From: Clostridium sp. CAG:343
Lineage (GTDB): Bacteria; Bacillota; Clostridia; TANB77; CAG-508
Direction of reading: 5' to 3'
DNA length: 64,000 nt
Assembly: GCA_000431335.1 (NCBI GenBank)
Contig: FR888054.1
Coordinates: 96,307 to 160,306 of the forward strand
Part shown: positions 39,391 to 50,100 of the stretch, one piece after another
Layout: every line of letters begins with the position of its first letter
How positions within the stretch are numbered: position 1 is the first letter of the stretch
Notes under the pieces: model-generated
Database searches by the model: none
What the model saw: only the letters and a program-made list of their open reading frames with translations
Told to the model about the DNA's origin: nothing
Program-made: the position numbers and the translations under genes

Positions 39391-40584
39391 ATGATAAAAT
39401 TAAGAATAAAAATTATAGGAATTATATTAATAATGATTTGTACTTTACATAGCATAGTTTTAGCTTCATCATCTACTACTAGTTTAAAAAATGAGCAAGC
39501 TGAAAATAACAAAAAAATAAATGAAGCACAATCAGAATTAAAAGACATTCAAGTAGAAAAATCAGATACAATAAAACAAGTAGATGAGTTAACCTCACAA
39601 ATAACAGAATATCAAAAACAAATTAGCGAAATAGATAGTAAAATCGAAGAATTAGATAATAAAATACAAACTTCACAAAAAGAAATAGAAGAGGCACAAA
39701 AGAATTATGAAAAAAAAGAAGAATTATTAAAAGCAAGATTAGTTGCTGTTTATGAATCGGGTGAAACTTCTTATTTGGATGTTTTATTAGGCTCAGAAAG
39801 TTTAATTGATTTAATTTCAAACTATTATTTAGTATCTGAAATTGTGATAAGTGATGAAGAATTATTGGAAGAAATACAAAAACAAAAAGAAAATATAGAA
39901 AATTCTAAACATGATTTGGAAGTAAGCCAAGAAGAAATGAACACATCAAAAGAACAAAAACAAAATGTATCTGAAGAATTACAAAAGTCAAAAACAGAAA
40001 AAAATACATATGTTGCAAAATTATCAAATGATGAGAAAGAAATACAAGAACAAATAGAAGATTTAAACCAAGCTAATAAGTCAATAGATGATAAAATAAC
40101 CGCAATTATAGCATCTAGCAATAATACTAGCAGTAACAATAACTCTAACAATGGAAATATTAATGTAAATGTAAATGGATCATCCTCAGCAGGATTTATA
40201 AAACCAGTTAATAGTTATGTCACAACTGGAATGTATTATTCAAGTGGGCAATATCATGGTGCGGTAGATTATGGAGCAGCAGGAATAAATGGATTACCTG
40301 TATATGCTGTTGGAGATGGAGAAGTAATCCTAGCAGAAGCATTAACTACAAGTTATGGAAATTATATTATTATAAAACATGATAATGGACTATTTACTTT
40401 ATATGCACATGGACAAGCAGGCTCAATTGCAGTTTCAAAAGGGCAAAGAGTTTCAAAGGGACAACAAATTATGAGAGTAGGAAATACAGGAAACTCGACG
40501 GGACCACATTTGCATTTTGAAGTAAGACAATATCCAGGATTATATAATAACAGAGTAGCCCCTTTAGATTATATACCTAGATAG
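39391..40584 (+). CDS. secreted M23-family metallopeptidase with N-terminal coiled coil and N/S-rich linker
   Basis: Signal peptide, a roughly 200-aa heptad-rich region, and an M23 catalytic region with HGAVDY...YAHG...GNTGNSTGPHLHFEV (the H.H motif). Confidence 0.75.
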   Translation: MIKLRIKIIGIILIMICTLHSIVLASSSTTSLKNEQAENNKKINEAQSELKDIQVEKSDTIKQVDELTSQITEYQKQISEIDSKIEELDNKIQTSQKEIEEAQKNYEKKEELLKARLVAVYESGETSYLDVLLGSESLIDLISNYYLVSEIVISDEELLEEIQKQKENIENSKHDLEVSQEEMNTSKEQKQNVSEELQKSKTEKNTYVAKLSNDEKEIQEQIEDLNQANKSIDDKITAIIASSNNTSSNNNSNNGNINVNVNGSSSAGFIKPVNSYVTTGMYYSSGQYHGAVDYGAAGINGLPVYAVGDGEVILAEALTTSYGNYIIIKHDNGLFTLYAHGQAGSIAVSKGQRVSKGQQIMRVGNTGNSTGPHLHFEVRQYPGLYNNRVAPLDYIPR

Positions 40585-40660
40585 AGAATAATAGTATTGA
40601 TATTTCAAGACGAAATAACTTAGAAATCAGAACAAATGCTTATATGATAATCCTAATAAT

Positions 40661-40873
40661 TTAATTATAATAGAATACATCTCTATGACCAGACAGAGAT
40701 GTGTTTTTTTTGTTGTCTAATCTTCTTATTGTAACAACTAGAGCTACAAATAAGGCAATAGCGACAACAGTTACCATTGCAAGTTTACCAATTAGTATGT
40801 AAATAAAAAGTACATAAACTTGTTCAAATAACATATACATCTCCCCGTTCATAAAGAAAGCGACACTCCACAC
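40661..40873 (-). CDS. small membrane protein (about 60 aa)
   Basis: One long hydrophobic helix followed by a basic tail. ORF only. Confidence 0.25.
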   Translation of the reverse strand: MWSVAFFMNGEMYMLFEQVYVLFIYILIGKLAMVTVVAIALFVALVVTIRRLDNKKNTSLSGHRDVFYYN

Positions 40874-41208
40874 ACTGTTTTACTCATTTTCTTTTATTAT
40901 TAGACTTATTTGTTCGTTGTAAATCAAGCAAACAAGTCTATTTTTTTAAATAAAAATGAATACAAAAAATTAATAATAAAAATTTTTTGCCATACTAAAA
41001 TTGCTTAAAAATGCCTAAATATCAATAAAAATTTTTTTTTAGGCGTGCTTATTGAAATTTACAAAAAAAGGTTATAAAATTATATACGAGAAAGGAAGTG
41101 ATTGGAAAAAAGATTAATAAAAATATAATATAGTGTTTCAAAAAAATTTGCCCTTCCATAAGGCAGTTTATAGTAAATGTGCCTAATCTATATATGGAAG
41201 TGATATAA

Positions 41209-41406
41209 ATGAATGAAAATTTTAATGAAAAAATTGGTTTAAATGTTAGTGAAGCAGCTAACATGCTCGGCATTAGTAAAAACTTAATGAGTGAATTAAT
41301 AAAGTACCCTGATTTTCCTTGCATTAAGTTCAAAAGAAGAATTGTCATTAACAAAAAGAAATTACAGGAATGGTTTGATAAAAATTCTGGAAGATTTTTT
41401 GTATAA
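41209..41406 (+). CDS. xis: excisionase-family HTH DNA-binding protein
   Basis: LNVSEAANMLGISKNLMSELIK...FPCIKFKRRIVINKKKLQEW. It lies immediately upstream of int. Confidence 0.55.
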   Translation: MNENFNEKIGLNVSEAANMLGISKNLMSELIKYPDFPCIKFKRRIVINKKKLQEWFDKNSGRFFV

Positions 41407-41499
41407 CATTGCTTTCCTCTATATTTTGCCCTATAATAGAGAATATTAAATATTGTGCTTTTACTTTTAATGTTCTCTATCTTGAATGGAGGCAAAGTT

Positions 41500-42741
41500 A
41501 TGGTAAAAACATCGCAAAACCAATCCGTAAAGAAAAAAAGAAACACCAGAGGAATGGGCTCTATTAGACCCAAAAATGGTGGATATGAAGGAAGAATAAC
41601 AATAAAAGCAAATGGCAAATCAAAACAAATATCTTTATTTAACAAAGATAAGAGAATTCTAGTGCAAGAAATGATAAAAGCAAAACAAGAAGCAAATGAC
41701 AATGAATATGTAGAAAAAGACAAAATAACTTTAGAAGAGTGGCTAAAGAAATGGATTCGTATTCATAAAAAACCATTTGTTAAGCCTAGAACTCTACAAG
41801 GGTACATTGAAAAAATCAAAACAAACATTATTCCCTATTTAGGTAACTATCCTATGCAATCGCTAGATAGATTAATTCTTCAAGAATATTTTTCAGATTT
41901 AACAACGGGAAATGAAAAAAATGGCATCAAAAAATACTCTCCTAAAACAATTAAGGAAATAAAAAGTATTCTAAATATGGCTTTTACAGATGCTGAAATT
42001 GATAAAATAATAAAATTTAATCCTATTCCAACAATTCGTACACCGAAAGTGCAAAGACAGAAGAAGAAACCTATTATATCACCAGCAGAGCAACAACAAC
42101 TAATAGAAATATTATTGTCTGAAACAAATGGACTATGCTATATTTTTATAATGAATACAGGTGTTAGACCAGGAGAAAATGGTGGGATGAAATGGAAACA
42201 TTACAGCTATGAAAATGCTAATGTAAAAGTAAGAGATAATTATGGAAAAGTAACCTATTATGATGATAATTTTGAAAAAATCGAATCTACTTATGAAGAA
42301 AAAGACTTGAAAACACCATCTAGTTATAGAAACATACCATTGCAAAATTGGTTAAATAATTTAATGCATACATATATGCTATATGTTATGAAACAAAAAG
42401 GATATACCAATAAAAAACAGCTAGATGATGAGTATATTTTTATGAATAGTTTAGGACATGCTTTAAGTAGTGATTATTTATGGGATACACTTGATAAGAT
42501 TTTAAAAAGACATAATTTTAAACATTTAAGTGTTTATCAATTAAGGCATTTATTTGCGACAAGATGCATTGATGTAAACATACCTGTAAATCAAATCAAA
42601 CAATATTTAGGTCATGCTTTAGCGAGTACAACAATGGACTATTATGTTGAATATGATGAAGATACGAATAAAGCTGAAATTGAAAAATTAGAACCCATCA
42701 ATAATATGCAAATAGTACCTAAAATTTTAAAGGGAATGTAA
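41500..42741 (+). CDS. int: tyrosine recombinase / integrase
   Basis: Start at ATG 41500 after GGAGG. The C-terminal catalytic region has R..LRH..A.......Y.GH...TT..Y. Confidence 0.8.
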   Translation: MVKTSQNQSVKKKRNTRGMGSIRPKNGGYEGRITIKANGKSKQISLFNKDKRILVQEMIKAKQEANDNEYVEKDKITLEEWLKKWIRIHKKPFVKPRTLQGYIEKIKTNIIPYLGNYPMQSLDRLILQEYFSDLTTGNEKNGIKKYSPKTIKEIKSILNMAFTDAEIDKIIKFNPIPTIRTPKVQRQKKKPIISPAEQQQLIEILLSETNGLCYIFIMNTGVRPGENGGMKWKHYSYENANVKVRDNYGKVTYYDDNFEKIESTYEEKDLKTPSSYRNIPLQNWLNNLMHTYMLYVMKQKGYTNKKQLDDEYIFMNSLGHALSSDYLWDTLDKILKRHNFKHLSVYQLRHLFATRCIDVNIPVNQIKQYLGHALASTTMDYYVEYDEDTNKAEIEKLEPINNMQIVPKILKGM

Positions 42742-42893
42742 TATAGTGTCTGTCCTTAAAAATACAGTTTAAGGGACATGAAAGGGACATTGATAAATTT
42801 ATATAAAAAATCGAAATATTAAATACTTTCGAAATGGTTGCAAGAGTAAGAATATATAAAAATTTTAAAAGATAAAAATTGGAAGAAATGGTC

Positions 42894-42944
42894 GGGCTCA
42901 TAACCCAAAGGTCGGTAGTTCGAGTCTACCCCCCGCAACCAATT
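42894..42944. repeat. 51-bp direct repeat (attR): displaced 3' part of tRNA-Met
   Basis: One mismatch to 33037..33087. Confidence 0.6.
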
Positions 42945-42952
42945 ATATCAAG

Positions 42953-42984
42953 CATTTGCTAGCAATAGCAAATGTTTTTTTTTT
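42953..42984. terminator. rho-independent terminator (catttgcta gcaa tagcaaatg + T10), native tRNA terminator
   Basis: Perfect 9-bp stem, 4-nt loop and ten T residues. Confidence 0.65.
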
Positions 42985-43054
42985 ATAATCCTATTGTTAA
43001 TTAACATAAAACATGATATAATATATGCCATGGAAAATATATGGAGGAAAATAT

Positions 43055-45742
43055 ATGAAAAAACTAAATAAAATAACTTTAAAAGAACTTTTAGACTCTA
43101 CGGACTTATTAATGCATTTATCTGATATATTATATTTTTGTGATGATGTTGAAACAATTAATGAATTCGTTAATTCTACTAGAAAAAATTCTGACTTAAA
43201 CTATAAAGAAATTAAAGATTTTTTAATTAAACACGAAAACAAAATAAATAAACAAAAATTATTATTATTAATTGTAAAAAATTATTCTGATAATATACAA
43301 TTAATAGATTCTATATTAAAAGATAATACCTATAAATCAAAAAGTAATAATTCTGAAACTCTGGAATTAATAATACAGAAACAAAAGCAAGAACAAAATC
43401 TAAATATAGCCAAAAAAATAGGTAAAGGTATGGATGAATCTTTTGCATTCTATTTCTATAATACAGATACCAATAGATATGACATAAATATAATTGATTC
43501 AAAAGAATTAATTGATGGTATTAAAATAAACAGTTCCGCTAATCTAAAAAGATTCAAAGAAATAAACCAAGATTTCATGGAATCTGATAAAACCGAAACT
43601 GTAGGAATTGAATATCTATTACAATCAATCGTACTAACAGATTTTAATAATATATTTCCTAATGAACAAATTGGAGATAATATGAGAACTTTACTTTTGG
43701 AAAACCAAATCCTAAAAAACAATGTTAAAACCAGAAAAGAAATAGAAAATTTAAAAAACCAAAATTATGATGAATATGAAAATTTAATAGAAAACAATAA
43801 ATTTCATGATATATTATCAGATATGAAAAATTTACTAGAAAAATATATAAAATATGTAGATATTGACAAGCTTCTTGCAATTAGTGCATATAGATTTGAG
43901 GAAAGTCTAGAAAATGAATTCATATCTATAGAAAATGCACCTGCTATAAAAGAAATTTTAAATACAATTATAAAACATACCAAAAATAATAAAACATTAA
44001 CTTTATCTCTACAAGATAGAAAAAATTCTTATGATCTTAAAGACATAGAATATTCATTAACTGATATAATTAACTGTATAAATAGATTTACAGACGACTC
44101 ATATATAAAGAAATCACAAATAGAAGAATATAAAAATAAAATAAATTCAGAAGAACTTACTTTATTTGATTTAGATCCTCAATATGTAAAGATTTGTTTT
44201 TCACCTTCTGAATTAGAAAATATAGCTAAATTAAATAGTCAAAACTTACAATATGTATCTACAATATTACAATGGAATAAAGATAAAATATTAAATAATA
44301 TTAAATTTCAAAAAAATTGCCCTGTTGAGTTATTGAAAGATTTTATGACTAAAAAAATTATTTATCCAAATGATATAATATCATTATATAAAGATAATAT
44401 AATAGATATAGAATATATAAAAAATTTAAAAGAATATTCAAATTTTTCTAATGAAATTTCCGCTTCAGAACTAATTTCTTTATATGATAATTATAATAAA
44501 AATAAATCTGAAGAAAATAATTTAATAAACTATACTAGATATTTAGATCTTTATAAAGAAATATTACTAAATGATAATCCTAAAGAAACCGAAAAATATT
44601 CACTAAACTTTATGGAGCAAATGATTGAAAATTATGACAAAAGACATATAGATACACATATAACTCAATTAGAAGAATTTTATAAACAAGGATTATTAAC
44701 ATTAAATACTATTATAGAATGGAATGATCCTTCTGTAATAGAAACTTTTTTAACAGACTTATATAAAGAAAATATTATTCAATTAAATGATGTAAAAAAA
44801 TTCGTAAAAAACGGTAACTTACCTTTCGAATATATAAAACAATTAGTATGGGAAGAAAATATTAATTATGAAGAAAGACTAAAACTCTTAGAAGAAGGTT
44901 GGATCCCTGAAGAAGAAATCTTTGAATTATACTCAAAGGCTCTTATTAGAGAGGATGATTTATTAAAATTATCACAAAAATCAATTATAAGTAAACAAAA
45001 AACACTTGATATTATAAATAATACTCAATTACAAGATTTAGAAAAATATTCTAATATTGTATTAGTAATAGGTGATAAACTCCAAAAAATAAAAAGAGAT
45101 GATAGCTTGTATTTTAATGAAGAAAAAAACACTTCAAGCAAAAGCTCTAAACCTAAATTAATGATTGACCCAAATGAAAGAGAGTCCCTTTTTAGTTTGT
45201 TAAAAGCTGGTAAACCAAATAAAGTAGAAATATCAGAGACTAGTCCTTTCTATAATTATGAATTTTATATTATCCCTGATGAAAGTGGAAAAGTAAATTT
45301 AAATAGTGTTATAATTGCAGAAAGAATTTATGAAGAAAAAGAAGAGCATATAAAAAATCCTAATACAACCATTAAATATGCTACTGATAACGCTACATAC
45401 TTCTTCAAATATAAAGATTTAATGGTTCTAAGTAATTACTTAAAAAAAGATGATGCAATAAAAGAAACAAAGAATATAATCTTTAAAGCAAATCACACAC
45501 TTGCAAACGATAAAAGGAATGGACATTGGGCTGCTAGCGTAATTTATGGAGTTGCTAAAACTATGTTATCATCTGACTTAAAGGAATATAGCAAAGATAA
45601 TCAAAGAAAAATAATAGTTGAAAAACTTAGTAAAGTATATACTTACGATGAATTAGAAAAAATTTTAGATAAAGGATCTTCAATAGATTCCGGAGATTCT
45701 ATTTGTGAAATTATAGATTATGATGACTCTGACTCTAGATAA
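43055..45742 (+). CDS. large hypothetical protein (896 aa), N/K/E-rich, predicted helical, no recognisable domain
   Basis: Start at ATG 43055 after GGAGGA. No catalytic motifs found by eye. Confidence 0.5.
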   Translation: MKKLNKITLKELLDSTDLLMHLSDILYFCDDVETINEFVNSTRKNSDLNYKEIKDFLIKHENKINKQKLLLLIVKNYSDNIQLIDSILKDNTYKSKSNNSETLELIIQKQKQEQNLNIAKKIGKGMDESFAFYFYNTDTNRYDINIIDSKELIDGIKINSSANLKRFKEINQDFMESDKTETVGIEYLLQSIVLTDFNNIFPNEQIGDNMRTLLLENQILKNNVKTRKEIENLKNQNYDEYENLIENNKFHDILSDMKNLLEKYIKYVDIDKLLAISAYRFEESLENEFISIENAPAIKEILNTIIKHTKNNKTLTLSLQDRKNSYDLKDIEYSLTDIINCINRFTDDSYIKKSQIEEYKNKINSEELTLFDLDPQYVKICFSPSELENIAKLNSQNLQYVSTILQWNKDKILNNIKFQKNCPVELLKDFMTKKIIYPNDIISLYKDNIIDIEYIKNLKEYSNFSNEISASELISLYDNYNKNKSEENNLINYTRYLDLYKEILLNDNPKETEKYSLNFMEQMIENYDKRHIDTHITQLEEFYKQGLLTLNTIIEWNDPSVIETFLTDLYKENIIQLNDVKKFVKNGNLPFEYIKQLVWEENINYEERLKLLEEGWIPEEEIFELYSKALIREDDLLKLSQKSIISKQKTLDIINNTQLQDLEKYSNIVLVIGDKLQKIKRDDSLYFNEEKNTSSKSSKPKLMIDPNERESLFSLLKAGKPNKVEISETSPFYNYEFYIIPDESGKVNLNSVIIAERIYEEKEEHIKNPNTTIKYATDNATYFFKYKDLMVLSNYLKKDDAIKETKNIIFKANHTLANDKRNGHWAASVIYGVAKTMLSSDLKEYSKDNQRKIIVEKLSKVYTYDELEKILDKGSSIDSGDSICEIIDYDDSDSR

Positions 45743-45885
45743 TTTTTTGTATATTATAACAACTAAAAGATACTTTTAAAAGTATTTTTATTGAATTTTT
45801 TGTCGAAATACGATATATTATTTATATTGTTTTAATAGAAAGGAGTCCATGATTTATTTAGTTTATTAAATAATCATATAAAAAA

Positions 45886-47103
45886 ATGAAAATAAAAAAA
45901 ATATTTATTATATTATTATGTACATTTTTAATTTTAATTCCATTTGGAAATGTTCTATCAGCTGATATTGTAAATCAACCTTCAATTAGTGCAGATGCTT
46001 CTATTGTAATTGACAATAAAACTAATAAAATCCTATATAGTAAAAACGAAAATAAAAAAATGTACCCTGCTAGTACTACTAAGATTTTAACAGCAATTCT
46101 TGTTATTGAAAATTCAAATTTAGATGATTTAGTAACAGCAAGCTATGATGCTATTATGTCTATTCCAGATGGTTATTCAATAGCTAATATTCAAATTGGT
46201 GAACAACTTACAGTTGAACAATTATTAGAACTTTTATTAGTTCACTCTGCTAATGACGCGGCTAACGTATTAGCAGAATTTATTGGAGGTTCAACAGACA
46301 GTTTCGTTTCTATGATGAATACTAGAATTAATGAATTAGGATTATCTAATTCTCATTTTACTAATGTTTATGGTATGCATAATGAAAATCATTATACAAC
46401 TGCTCATGACTTAGCAATAATTATGAAATATTGCCTCAAGAACGATACATTTAGAAAAATCTCTGGTCAAGCTTCTTGTTCTATCCCATCAACTAACAAA
46501 TATGGCACTAGAACATATAATTCTACAAATGAACTTTTAATTCCAAATAGTTCATCTTATTATAAATATTTAACTACTGGAAAAACAGGATTTACTTCTC
46601 AAGCAAAAGAGTGCTTAGTTTCTTCTGCTTATAAAGATGATTTAGAATTAATTGGAGTTGTACTTGGAAGTAATAATCGATTTTCTGATACTCGTGCTAT
46701 ATATGACTTTGCATATTCTAATTATTCTATTAAGATTATTGCAAATGAAGGAGACATTGCAAGTAATATAACCATCTCTAATGCAACAAAAGAAACCGAA
46801 AGTCTGAATCTATTATTAGATGAAAGTATTCCTGTACTGATATCTAATTCTCAAGATATTTCTGAAATTTCACCTGAAATAATATTGAATGATAATATTT
46901 CAGCTCCAATTGAAGAAGGCTCTATTTTAGGTAAAATAAAATATACAGTAGCAGGAGTTACTTATTCGACTAATATTATCGCTGAACATAATGTTGAAAA
47001 ATCTAAATTGCCAGTTTATATTTTGTATTTAAGTATTGCTTTTATATTTATTATAATTTGTTTTATTTTAATTTATAAAAAAAATAGTAAAAAAAAGATT
47101 TAA
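45886..47103 (+). CDS. D-alanyl-D-alanine carboxypeptidase (S11, PBP5/DacF-like) with C-terminal membrane anchor
   Basis: SxxK (ASTTK), SxN (HSAND) and KTG (KTGFT) motifs, with a C-terminal hydrophobic helix. Confidence 0.8.
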   Translation: MKIKKIFIILLCTFLILIPFGNVLSADIVNQPSISADASIVIDNKTNKILYSKNENKKMYPASTTKILTAILVIENSNLDDLVTASYDAIMSIPDGYSIANIQIGEQLTVEQLLELLLVHSANDAANVLAEFIGGSTDSFVSMMNTRINELGLSNSHFTNVYGMHNENHYTTAHDLAIIMKYCLKNDTFRKISGQASCSIPSTNKYGTRTYNSTNELLIPNSSSYYKYLTTGKTGFTSQAKECLVSSAYKDDLELIGVVLGSNNRFSDTRAIYDFAYSNYSIKIIANEGDIASNITISNATKETESLNLLLDESIPVLISNSQDISEISPEIILNDNISAPIEEGSILGKIKYTVAGVTYSTNIIAEHNVEKSKLPVYILYLSIAFIFIIICFILIYKKNSKKKI

Positions 47104-47142
47104 GTTAAAATTATAACTTAAATCTCTTTTTTAATTTTTTGC

Positions 47143-50100
47143 TTATTTTATATAATGTTTTTTTCTCACTATATAACTTACTCCTGCAATTGTAGCTCCT
47201 ACTCCAACAGATGCTATTATAATCCAAAATGCTACTGAACCTGTATATGGTAATTTAAATGGTAATTTTTCTAAAACTCCTTCATTTTTATTACTATTGC
47301 TATTGCTTTCATTTTCTTTCACAATTTCATTTATTTGTCCAGTTACAACATTTGAAATATTAATCTTACTTAAATCTGTTTTATTTCCAGCTGCATCTTC
47401 TATATTTTCTGTTATATTATTGATGGTCATTTTGCCAATATCTTTTTCTGATATTGTATATGTATATATTATAGAATTTACATATTCTCCTACAGTATAG
47501 TCGCTTTCTAAATTTCCTTCTGCTTTGTTTCTTCCAAATTTAATATTTAATACAGGTACTTCTTCAGCTGCTATATACTCATTTCTGTTTTTCATATTTT
47601 CATCTTCAAAAACGACTTTAATTTTAACTTTATCTCCTGCCTTATAATTTTTTCCTTCTTCTGCCATTACATAAATTGCCTTTATAGTTGATTTTGAATA
47701 ATCAATCACTATTGGCTCATCCATATTTTCTTCATTCATTACTGTCAAATTTGCTTCATTCCCTGATAAATCTCTACATCCACTTACTTGGATTTCAAGA
47801 TATCCCTCTTTTATTTTGTCATTTATTTCTAAACTAGCTGTATACTCTTTGCCACTACCTTCTACTGTAGCCACTTGTCCTCCCATTGTAACTGTTGGCA
47901 ATTCTGCTAAATCTTCATTTGAAGTAATATTAACTTTTACAATATCTCCTTTATTTAAATAATAACTATCTTTTTCTATTTCTGGGACTACTGTTATCTC
48001 TGGTGCTGTAGTATCTGCTACAACTTCACCAACTAATAAATTTATTCCGTTTGGAACTGTTTCTAAATTGCCTGTTAATTCATCAGACATTTCGTCTTGC
48101 TCTGTTACATCATCTCCTACAAATGCTTTAGTATTGCTAGAAATATATTCTTCACTTAGTTCTTTGCTTTCATCTTCTGATTCATCATTAGATAAAACTT
48201 CCATTTTTTCATTTTCTATATCTATATTTTCTTCTGTTTCTTCAATAGTAAAATCTTCTTCTTCTTCATTATTAACTGTTAATATAGTATCCATTTTACC
48301 AGTATCATCTGTTAAATTTCCATCATTTAGTCCTACTATTTTTAATATTCCATTATCTCCTTCTTGCACTTCATATTCGTATCTAATAGCTGTATTATTG
48401 TCTTCAAATCTAATAAATTCTGGATTTTTAACACTTGAATTGTTACCAAATTCTAACTGTAGTTCTGGTACATTTCCTTTTACTTCTTCTGAAAATGCAA
48501 TCTTTATACTTATTTTTTCCCCTTGTTTATATTCTTGTTGTCCTTCATCTTGATCAATTGTAACTTTTTGAATAGTAGGTATATTTAATGGCTTTACATT
48601 TACTTTTATTGTCTCTTTAACATCTTCATTTGTTGGGCTACTTATTTCTATAGTTGCTTTTCCCTCTGAAATAGCAAGTATTTTATATGCTCCTGTCTCT
48701 TCATCCTTATACATTCTTGCAATATCTTCATCTGATGATGTAATAATTGGTTCTTCTGTTGCATCTATTTCTCCTTCTATATCTTGACTATTTGCACTTG
48801 ATTTTAGAAGTTTAGATACTGAATTTGCAATTATATATTCCTCATCTTCTAATGATTCTTTTAGCGTAATATCTTGCTTACTTGTATAAATTTTAGTAAT
48901 AGACTTCTCTACCTTTACATCACATCCATCACTTATACCATCGATTGTAACAGTTACCTTTGCAGTTCCTTCTTTTACAGGTATAACTTCTACATTTCCA
49001 TAACTATCCTCTTTTAATTTTACAATATTTTCATCTGAACTTTTCCACTCAGCGTCTTTATTATCTAAATTTGTGTTTACTTTTAAATATGTATATTTAT
49101 CCGGTAAGTTAGACAAATCATAGTTTATTGTATTTTCACTTAATTCAACATATGCTTTATCTATAATTTCAATATTAAATCTAGCTGTTTTATATTTATT
49201 ATCTTCACTATTCTCATCTAGCATGCTACAACATATAACTATTTTGCTACCTGTTACAGCATTTTCATTAACTTTAATATTAGCACTTCCATCATTATTT
49301 TGAGTAATAGTTACCATATCTGCTTGCCCTTCAGCATACCATCTAATTTTATTTTGAATACTTTCATCTTTAAAATCTTCATAATCGTCATCTTTTAAAC
49401 TTTTAAACTTTAATGTAAAAACATCATTTTTATACATTCTATTATAATTATTAAAGCTCATTTTCTGAATGCCTGTAGCATCAACTACATTTAATGAACC
49501 ATCTCTGTTAATATCTCCTCTTTCTTTTTCTTCTTCTGTAAATTGAACCAAGTTTACTATTGCTCTTTGTACCTCAAACGAATCCACCTCTGTAATAAAT
49601 CCATCTTTGTTAACATCTCCTAAAATATTTTTGTTTACTTTCTTTGCAGTAATTACTTCAAATCCAGTAGTAATATTATTTTTATCTATTATTTTTAATT
49701 TTATTTCTCCCACTTTTTCTTCTTCATTATTTTCATTTAGGTATGTTACTTTTATTACCACACTACCGTTTAAAGCTGATAGTTCATTTTTTGATTTAAT
49801 TGAAATTCCATCTTGACTTTTAGTAACATTTACTAATTCTTCTCCTTCAGTAACAGATAATTTTAAATTGTCAATTGAAACTAATTTATTTTTATCGTCA
49901 TATACCTTAAATGTTTCTGAACTTCCTATTTGTAATGAATTTACTCTTTTATTTATAATAACTTTTAAAGCTGTTAAATCATTAGCGTCAATAGTATCAT
50001 TTCCATCAACATTAGCATATTTTTTTTGATCATCTGTAAGTTCTTGTAATTTAGATAAATATCTTTGTAATAACAAATAGTCGTATTCATTAATATATCC

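Larger units (their letters stand above)
33037..42944 (+). mobile_element. about 9.9-kb integrative element (island B) inserted in tRNA-fMet, flanked by 51-bp direct repeats, with Xis-Int at the right end
   Basis: The 3' 51 nt of the tRNA plus a short flank at 33037..33087 are repeated at 42894..42944 with 1 mismatch. The integrase and excisionase lie adjacent to the right repeat. The original tRNA terminator is retained after the right repeat. Confidence 0.65.

Noticed and set aside
41049-41723. 224-aa minus-strand ORF overlapping xis and the start of int.
   Set aside because: Hydrophobic low-complexity translation antisense to two well-supported genes (Xis HTH and integrase). No independent signals.
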